Assembly: GCA_964035545.1 (NCBI GenBank)
Contig: OZ037765.1
Coordinates: forward strand, 9,558,698 to 9,622,697
Length of the DNA stretch: 64,000 bases
DNA from: Bugula neritina
Lineage: Eukaryota > Animalia > Bryozoa
Direction: 5' to 3'
Below, piece by piece: positions 56,401 to 64,000 of the stretch. The notes under the pieces are model-generated. The model saw nothing but the letters and a program-made list of their open reading frames with translations, ran no database searches and was not told where the DNA came from. The stretch's first letter is position 1. Each line of letters starts with the position of its first letter. Both the position numbers and the translations under genes were made by a program.

Positions 56401-59400
56401 GAAGCCTAATCCTGAAGTTGGAAGTTCAACAGTAAGCATGTGCTACAGTTAGGCACTTCTCTTGAGATTATAAACAGAAAAGTAGCTATAAGTTGACACA
56501 ATAGAGCTCTATTTAGTTTGTGTTGAGAAACATAATATGATTGTCAACATTTTATCACTATCTAATCCTGTGTCTTATCCTTCATGCTTTGTGTCACCAG
56601 CTTGAGTGAAGTATGTACAGGCTTCTTATATCAGCTCAGCTTCTATACTGTGCTGTACTGTAATTGCTCTTTGAACTTTTATGGTTTATTCATCAAGTTG
56701 TCTTGTACTCTAGTTTGTGGTAAGAGTTATTGACACAGGAGGATTTGTTGGGGCTCCTATTTATACACTGTATTTATACACTGTATTTATACACTGTATT
56801 TATACACTGTATTTATACACTGTATTTATACACTGTATTTATACACTGTATTTATGCACTGTATTTATGCACTGTATTTATGCACTGTATTTATGCACTG
56901 TATTTATACACTGTATTTATGCACTGTATTTATACACTGTATTTATACACTGTATTTATACACTGTATTTATACACTGTATTTATATACTGTATTAACAA
57001 TATTTCGTGGTCTACTGATAAGTTAGCACTGAAAATTTTTTTGAACTTTAAATCTGCTCAAACCATAAAATATTCAAACTTTAAACTCTGTCAAATAGGC
57101 ATAACATATTATCCCAAATTTTATGAAATCTTTTGCTACACAGTTGTATTGCAAGTCACAATGTCAATTTCCTACCAGTTAGTCAATAAACTGTCGGATA
57201 TGTTTGCAGAATGGTGGTGGAGGATAGTGGCCAGGTCACTCTTACTAAAAGTGTTTGCAGTTACTCTAGGGATATTTTCTGCTATGGTGGTTTGGTCGGA
57301 GTGCGTCTTCTTTATATCTGAACCTGTCATGTCTCTATTTGCCATATTCATCAATGGCTTAGGAAAGTCACATTCAGCCTATGTTTCTATAGAGGCAAGT
57401 TATAATATAATCTAACATGTGTTACAGTATATTCACTAGACCCTAATCCACTTATTATTGTAAAATAGTTTTAAAATTTATTATAATTCAACTGCATTTT
57501 ATTTTTATCATCCAGTTACTCACTCAATGTTGTACATCTCAAGTTTAAATGAAAGTTAACATGAAGAATCCCCGACATGTTACATTTATGTAGTAATATA
57601 TCTTAGCTATCAGTAGTGAATTTCTATATAAATGTAGCACCTCAAGGACTTTTTAAGCTTTTGCTTGTCAACTCACAGTCACACTTGTGCTGTTATGAAA
57701 GATATGATGGTATGACCATCTGTTTTACCATCATTTTACTGCTGGTATCGGTAGCTCAATTACTCACTTCTCCTTAGTGCTTAATAGTCAGTGGCTGCAT
57801 GTTATGTGGGCAACACACAGTGTGGGACATAATACCGGGTTCAATATTGCACTGTTTATAGTTTATACTATGAAGATTGTCTATGTATAATAATTGTATT
57901 GTAGATTATATCAATACTCGTGCTAGCCTACCTCTGTGTGTGTGCATACAGAACTGTATTCAAGATCAGAGTGTTCAACTATTACTATGTCGCATCCAAT
58001 CACCAGACTGATGAGAACAGCCTTCTATTTAGTGGCATGTGAGTCATAAGCATGTCTTATAATATACAATAAAATAATTTTGTTTCGATTTTCAAGTAAA
58101 AAAAAAATTGATAGCTAAAAGCAACCCTTTGACTGTTATTTATCATAGCACCAGAGTTGTCCTCCCATTGTTATTCATTGTGTTAGTAATTTCTCATACA
58201 ACATTAAAATTTTATCTGATTTTATTGCCATCTATATATGTTTGAATTTGTTTTTGTTTTCTAAAGTATTGTTTTAATTTGGAAGCATTGGTGCTTTGTT
58301 GCGCTGTAAAACATAGTACCATTCTGTCATCTGTGCAAATATCAATTATATACAGTAACTAATAAGGAATTAAATTGTGACTTAGGAGTTGTTTTCTCAT
58401 AGCTATTCAGAGTAACGAGTAAAGTAACAAGTACAGAACACCACGAATATTATATTTAGTTTGTGTATGATAGTTTTAATTGGAGCAATATATGGTGCGT
58501 GCTAAATTTAAAATATTGAAATCAAAAATAAACTATTTTACACTAAGAACTGGCTTCTCAAAACTTTGGATAATTTTCAACTTTGACATGCAAAAAGTTT
58601 TTGCTAACTCAGTACATTGACATAATCTACAAAATTTGAAGCAAGTCTATGATTTTTAGCTTCACATAGAAAAAAATTGGTAAACAGCTTATACAATATA
58701 TGCACTTTGTATAAAATAAAGGGAAAATCATTGTAGAGCTCATATTACATTTCTATTGCAGAACAAAAACTTTCTTATAATATCTTCTGTGAATGTTGCA
58801 ACATTAAAGCTGTGACTTAAGCATGCATTCCATTGGTTTGTATAATCATGAGGGCTGTATTTCATTCACAGGTTGCTCAGCCGTCTCACCCCTCCACTCT
58901 GCTTAAACTTCCTTAGCCTTATACAGCTAGATAGTCATGTTACTAAAGATAATAGGGTGCTGGAAACTGAGTACACAAAAGTGAGTTTTTATATAATTAT
59001 AGATTCTTTCATTAATATATTTTTGTTTGATGGTGTTTTTAAAGGATGTTTAAAGAACTTGTTTTATATTTTATTTGTTACACTGTGTATTATTATATTG
59101 TAACAATATGTTTTTGTAGATAATGGGACACATGGACGTCATATCATTTATTGCTAATGGATTCAACATCTATTTCCCAATAGCGATAGTTCTATTGTGC
59201 TGTGCTACTATTTTCAAGCTTGGTTCCAGATTGCTACATTGCATTGGATTCGAGCAATTTATTGACGATGATATCAGCCAAGAAATTGTTGATGAAGGAA
59301 AGAGCTATGTTCAGAGAGGTATGACACTATTAATATTGATTAATTGATTGATTTATTACATATCACAGACATGAAAACCTCGTTGTGAAATTAATATATT

Positions 59401-60262
59401 TTGCAGGTTGTCTATATATAAAAAAATCAAATCTCAACTACATGGCATATGTTTATGTGCAACAATTCACTTTCCACAATAGTCTACAAATTATAATTCA
59501 TGTTGTGTATAACTTTTCTTAATTTGGTAGAGAAAATTAAATCAGCTAGAACAAGAGATCAGTTGCAGAGAAGAACTGCTCTACAAAATTCTATAAGGCG
59601 ATCTGAATTAGGTAATAAATCGTCAGCATCAATTACAGACTGGAATAATTATAAGAGCTGTGATTCCACATCAAACAGTAAGATTATCGCTGTTTGGCTC
59701 TGCTTGCACCCCTTTCTCTTTTCTCATTGTTTGATGCTCTTCTTTTGCATGCTAATTTAATTTTTAATTGCTGCTTTTTCAAAACAAAACATTTTACTAA
59801 AACACTATTTAACAGCTCTAGCAAGATTCATTTTCTGCTCTCTGTTTACTAACAAAGCTTTCCAAAAATGAGTAAAAATTGGAAGAGGATTTTTACGTAG
59901 AAAAAGTTTGCTGCTATGCTACATTGGAAAATATGTTAAAAATGATTAGTGGAAGACATTTTCAATATAAACTGTAAAATTTCGATTTATTTTTCATGCA
60001 TACATCAATTTATTCAGTTTTATAAAGATATATATTTAGGTTCAACTTTCTTAATGCTAAGCAATTTTCTTGTTGTGGATTAGATGTTGAAGCTCGCCGA
60101 TATTCATCCAAGTCTAGGCGAAGTCAAGATAGTGATCGTATAGAACTGTTGAGTGATCAAGATGTGGTGGACTATGACCCTACAAATGTGCATGATGGTT
60201 ATCTCCGTGGTAAACAAGACAGATCTAAACCGTCCAGTGGTGGTTTTTTTGACGATATCTAG
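53494..60262 (+). CDS. LMBRD2: LMBR1 domain-containing protein 2
   Basis: Exons 53494-53673, 53930-54032, 54136-54247, 54462-54629, 54843-55053, 55259-55453, 55927-56092, 57210-57394, 57905-58038, 58872-58980, 59120-59318, 59531-59677, 60084-60262. [130 protein letters not shown]-terminal FFDDI. Alternative in-frame ATG at 53485. Confidence 0.96.
56758..56993. repeat. 13-bp minisatellite (TATTTATACACTG) x~18
   Basis: Tandem units with a TATTTATGCACTG variant block; intronic in LMBRD2; generates the spurious repetitive ORFs at 56717/56730. Confidence 0.97.
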
Positions 60263-60866
60263 TCAATATTATACATGGCAATCTCTAAAATATATTTATA
60301 TAATGCTTTTTAGTTATTTATAAGTGCTGTAATTTATTATTTAACTTTTGTGCCCCCCCCTCTCCCCTGCAATACTTGCAACTTCTTTGTCATAGTCTAC
60401 CAGGTGTAATGGAGTAACAAACATGATATTTTGAAATACTTATTAAAATGTATTGTAAGTTAATAAGTTGTTGTAGCAAACTATAACTGCTTGTTTCTGG
60501 TTATTTAAAGTATAATAAAATAAAAAAATAAACATATACTTTGTTATCATATGCTCGAAATTCTATCAATATCATGAAAATGCTGAATGCATTATGATGA
60601 AATTTGTAATTAATTTCCATGAATTGTAATAAAATATGTAGTATTGTCACTATTTTGGCAAAAAAGGAAGTTAAAGCAAGCAACCAGGTTGTGTTAGTGA
60701 TATTAGTAAAATCTTGCATCAAAATATAATACTAATAAAATATTTGTAAGCAAATACCTAAACTTGAAAAAGCAAAGTTGTTTGAGATTAAATACGCCAA
60801 GCATCAGATCAAAAAATAAAACGAAAGTAAATTGTAAATATGTGTTCTGTATATTTAAAATGACAT

Positions 60867-62630
60867 CTAACTTCTTATAGTTTGACTAGTGAATATAATT
60901 TAGTTACAAAAAGCTTAAAATTTCTTTCTGTTGTGCAGTGCTTTTATGTCGTACAACACATCCAAAATACAGGAGATACTCCATGCCTGAGCCGGGCAAC
61001 TATCCATGCATTTCTAGAAATGGTGAAAAAAAACATTGACACATTTTTTAAAACCTGGTCTGTTTTTCTGCAACGACAACAATTTCCAAGTAGCAAAACG
61101 TGACAAAGGAATCAGCATGGTTCATGGACAATACCAAGATTATAAATCTAAGTATCAAAACATATTTTTTTATCAACTTAGAAACAAAGGAGTTAGCAAG
61201 ATGTTTGATCAGTAAGAAGCTTACAATGAGCTACAATATACAAAACTGTAACAATCAATTTACTTTTTGAGCAAAGAAAACATCAGTTACACAATTTGCA
61301 GACTCATCAAATTTTGAAACTTTAGTTAAAATTGACTAACCTGCCCATTAGTATTGGTCAACTCGGGCAAACTTTTCCAGTCAGTAGACAAAAGAGCTAA
61401 ATGATGATTGGCCAAATTATGCTCAATGTTCATGACTGTTTTCTCAATTGTACCAGGTGTCTGAGATTCTAAGCGGTCAGCAATAACCAGAGATGCTCTC
61501 ATAAAGTACCCTAGAGGCCACAGCCATTCCTGGAGAACCAGTTCAAGATAATTCCATAAAAATGATCCTCAATATGTAACCAGAAATAAAAGTATTCGTC
61601 AACTATGAACTGGTTTTATTGATTGCTAACCAAAATCATATTGAAGTAAACATTATAGCACAAAGTCCAGTTTTAATAACTACAACTACTAAAAAAATAA
61701 AAAAATTCATTTCATAACAGCAAGACAATCAAAAGATAAAAATTATTAATGATATCAGTGATTTGCCAAAATGGATTTCGTGAAGAATAATTTTTATGAG
61801 ATACAAAATCATGGCTGCATGCTTTCATGTCTGCATGGAATATGGAAAGATGAAGTTAACACATACAACAGTGAAAATATACTTACAGGACCATTGTGGT
61901 AGTTGAAGCCACGAGCTGTTTTATAATTGTCTGAATCGTCATTGTTTAAGTAGTCACCATTGTAATTCCAGTCACTGGAGAAGAACACAGCTCAATGATT
62001 AGAAAAACAAACAGATAAAACTAGAAAACTTGATTATCTATAAACAATACATTTCTGGTAAATTACTACCTATTGCCACTAGGACTGACAATTTAAACAA
62101 ATGTTTTAGACTTATTAAAAAGTGAACAACTATTATATTTAGATCGGCACTTTTAGCTGTAAATACCTTGAATCAAGTGTTTTCAGCCCCAATGGGCCTA
62201 CCAGATGTGTTTCTACCATTTCAAGTGCCACTACCGCCTTTTCTGTGGTAAATAGATGGGGTGCCTACAAATAGAATAAAATATACTCAATCAATACAAT
62301 TTCAGCTACGTTTACGCAAATAATTTAATAACTACACATGGCAAAAGTTTCACTTCGGTATAAAGGTACAAAAGGATTTTGTAATATTGCTATATGTAAA
62401 GATTCTTACTACTACAATAGCAATGGGAAAGTTGGGCCTCAACTGATAGTCAGTCCAAGCAGTAGACGAGCCAACTAGATCTTTATATATGTTGTGTTTG
62501 TTAATCAGCTCTGGGTGTGGATCAACATCTGTACTGGTGTAAGTTCCATCAACAAAAAAGTACTTTTCAAAGTTTCTTTCTATTAAGTTACTCCAGACAC
62601 TGAATGTCACCAGTTGGCTATGAGACCATT
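60867..62630 (-). CDS. AGL: Glycogen debranching enzyme (amylo-alpha-1,6-glucosidase/4-alpha-glucanotransferase), last five exons; gene continues beyond the window
   Basis: Exons 62630-62410, 62264-62167, 61974-61887, 61529-61341, 61013-60867. [27 protein letters not shown]|[26 protein letters not shown]|[43 protein letters not shown]. Confidence 0.96.
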
Positions 62631-62718
62631 CTAAATAAAAATATATAAAACAAGTTACGGAATGTTCACTGAAGAAATATATTGGACAAATGAAATAAAT
62701 TTTGACCAAATAAAGTAT

Positions 62719-63110
62719 GGGGTCATTCCGCGTCAACTCAACCAATGGCCCACGCCTTTGCGTCTCAGATTTTGTTCATATTTACACCAAATAGACCTAC
62801 ACATGTTCTGAGTACTTTTCTTGAATATTTCTGGCCTGACACAAAAAGTTTTTGAGAAATGACTATTTCTATGAACAAAGGTTGGGAAAAATTTTGAGGA
62901 AAATTTGCGATTTTTACTTTTAGACCAATTTGTAAACGTCCATATCTCCATTATTTTTCTAGACTGAGCCTTAAAAGTTGGTGTGTGATTTGATAACACC
63001 TATTAATTTGCACTAGTAGTAACACATACTGCAGAATACTTTGTGTGCATATATGCTAAGCCATTGAATATTGGCAAATTTTTATAAATTTTGAAAAATT
63101 TTGAATATTT
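62719..63110. mobile_element. Family B long-TIR element, second (one-armed/truncated) copy
   Basis: ggggtcattcc..cgtctcagattttgttcatatttacaccaaatagacctacacatg..agactgagccttaaaa..tgcactagtag..ttttgaaaaattt is collinear with 32330-32715; the right arm is not seen before the window ends. Confidence 0.85.
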
Positions 63111-64000
63111 GCCACATCACAAAAGGCGTTAATTTTTATTTTACTTCCATGAATTTTTATCCATAAATAGTTGATTATGGTTACTTTATACTCCTTAATT
63201 TTTGTAATTTTAAAAATAATATTTTCTGAGATATAGACACCCAAAGTGAAGAAAATGTGAAAATTCGCCCAACTTCACAAGGATGTAACCCGATGTTTGA
63301 ATACATTAAAATCTTTCAAACAAGCATTTTCTGTAACGTCATTTAGTGTATTTTGTAGATTCATAAATTTGAACGTCCTTATATTGTCCAAACTTGAAGT
63401 AAATCGCACGGAAAAATGGTATGCGTACGAAAATCGGCAAATTGCAATTTTTCAATATAATATGTTGGGATCATACATATTTTATTATTCATATTGTTCA
63501 AAATATCAGGTAGATACATATATGTTTCCTATATATGTCAAATCTACTGAAGATTACAAGAAAATCTGATTTGTGTGTAATATCGTAAGAAAAATTCTGC
63601 CGATTGGCATTATATGATATTCCCATTAAGTTTCAGGTAGCAACTGTTATTTCTGTGAGTGAATGGTGTGAAACAGCTGAAATCTTGCTGGAATCAAGTA
63701 CATTAAGTAGCTGAGGCAAGGAAGGCTTCAAAAGCATACCCAAATATACCACCATGGCCCTGAACACAATAGGCCTAATTAATTCAATGACGGTGGTGTT
63801 TAATACATGCCGAAAATAATTGTGGCTTTTGAAACAGATGGGCCTAAATATAGCACAATGGCCCTAACCTCGCCCTAATTTGGTTAGTACTGGTTAAAGA
63901 ATCAAGTAATTGGCGTCATGCCATGTCTAATGTTCATCATCCTTAAAAAATTTACAACTCTCTTTTTCATAGCTGGAAGCAATGGTCTTCCAACTTTAGT

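Noticed and set aside
56717-57415. 232-aa ORF with [13 protein letters not shown] repeats as a novel repeat protein
   Set aside because: It is the translation of a 13-bp intronic minisatellite running into a real LMBRD2 exon (57210-57394).
63111-64000. Further AGL exon or transposase in the last 900 bp
   Set aside because: No AGL-like frame recognised; only an imperfect ~27-bp direct repeat (63741, 63843), probably a fragment of another repeat that cannot be classified here.

Overview
AT-rich, intron-containing eukaryotic (invertebrate animal-type) genomic DNA; the organism cannot be fixed from sequence alone. Nine spliced protein-coding genes were reconstructed by hand from GT-AG boundaries and frame continuity: 3' part of an ABCD1/2 peroxisomal transporter (+), CISD2 (+), KAT14/CSRP2BP (-), TMEM18 (+), a single-LIM and a five-LIM CRP/muscle LIM gene in tandem (-), DEPDC1 (+), LMBRD2 (+) and the 3' part of glycogen debranching enzyme AGL (-). 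Non-genic features: a complete type I hammerhead ribozyme core in a ~270 bp insert inside an (AT)n array; a 2.9 kb fold-back with ~900 bp near-identical arms around a decayed, intron-split HTH_Tnp_4-type transposase; two non-autonomous hAT-type elements with perfect 8-bp TSDs (one with a nested long-TIR element); a TA-flanked MITE family; a tRNA-like SINE head; and micro/minisatellites. The most unexplained signal is four 0.9-2.2 kb domains of cryptic 6-bp periodic sequence, roughly (ANT-NNN)n, which mostly lie at the 5'/promoter ends of broadly expressed genes and appear to have grown by small insertions. Protein family calls are from remembered motifs, not database searches.
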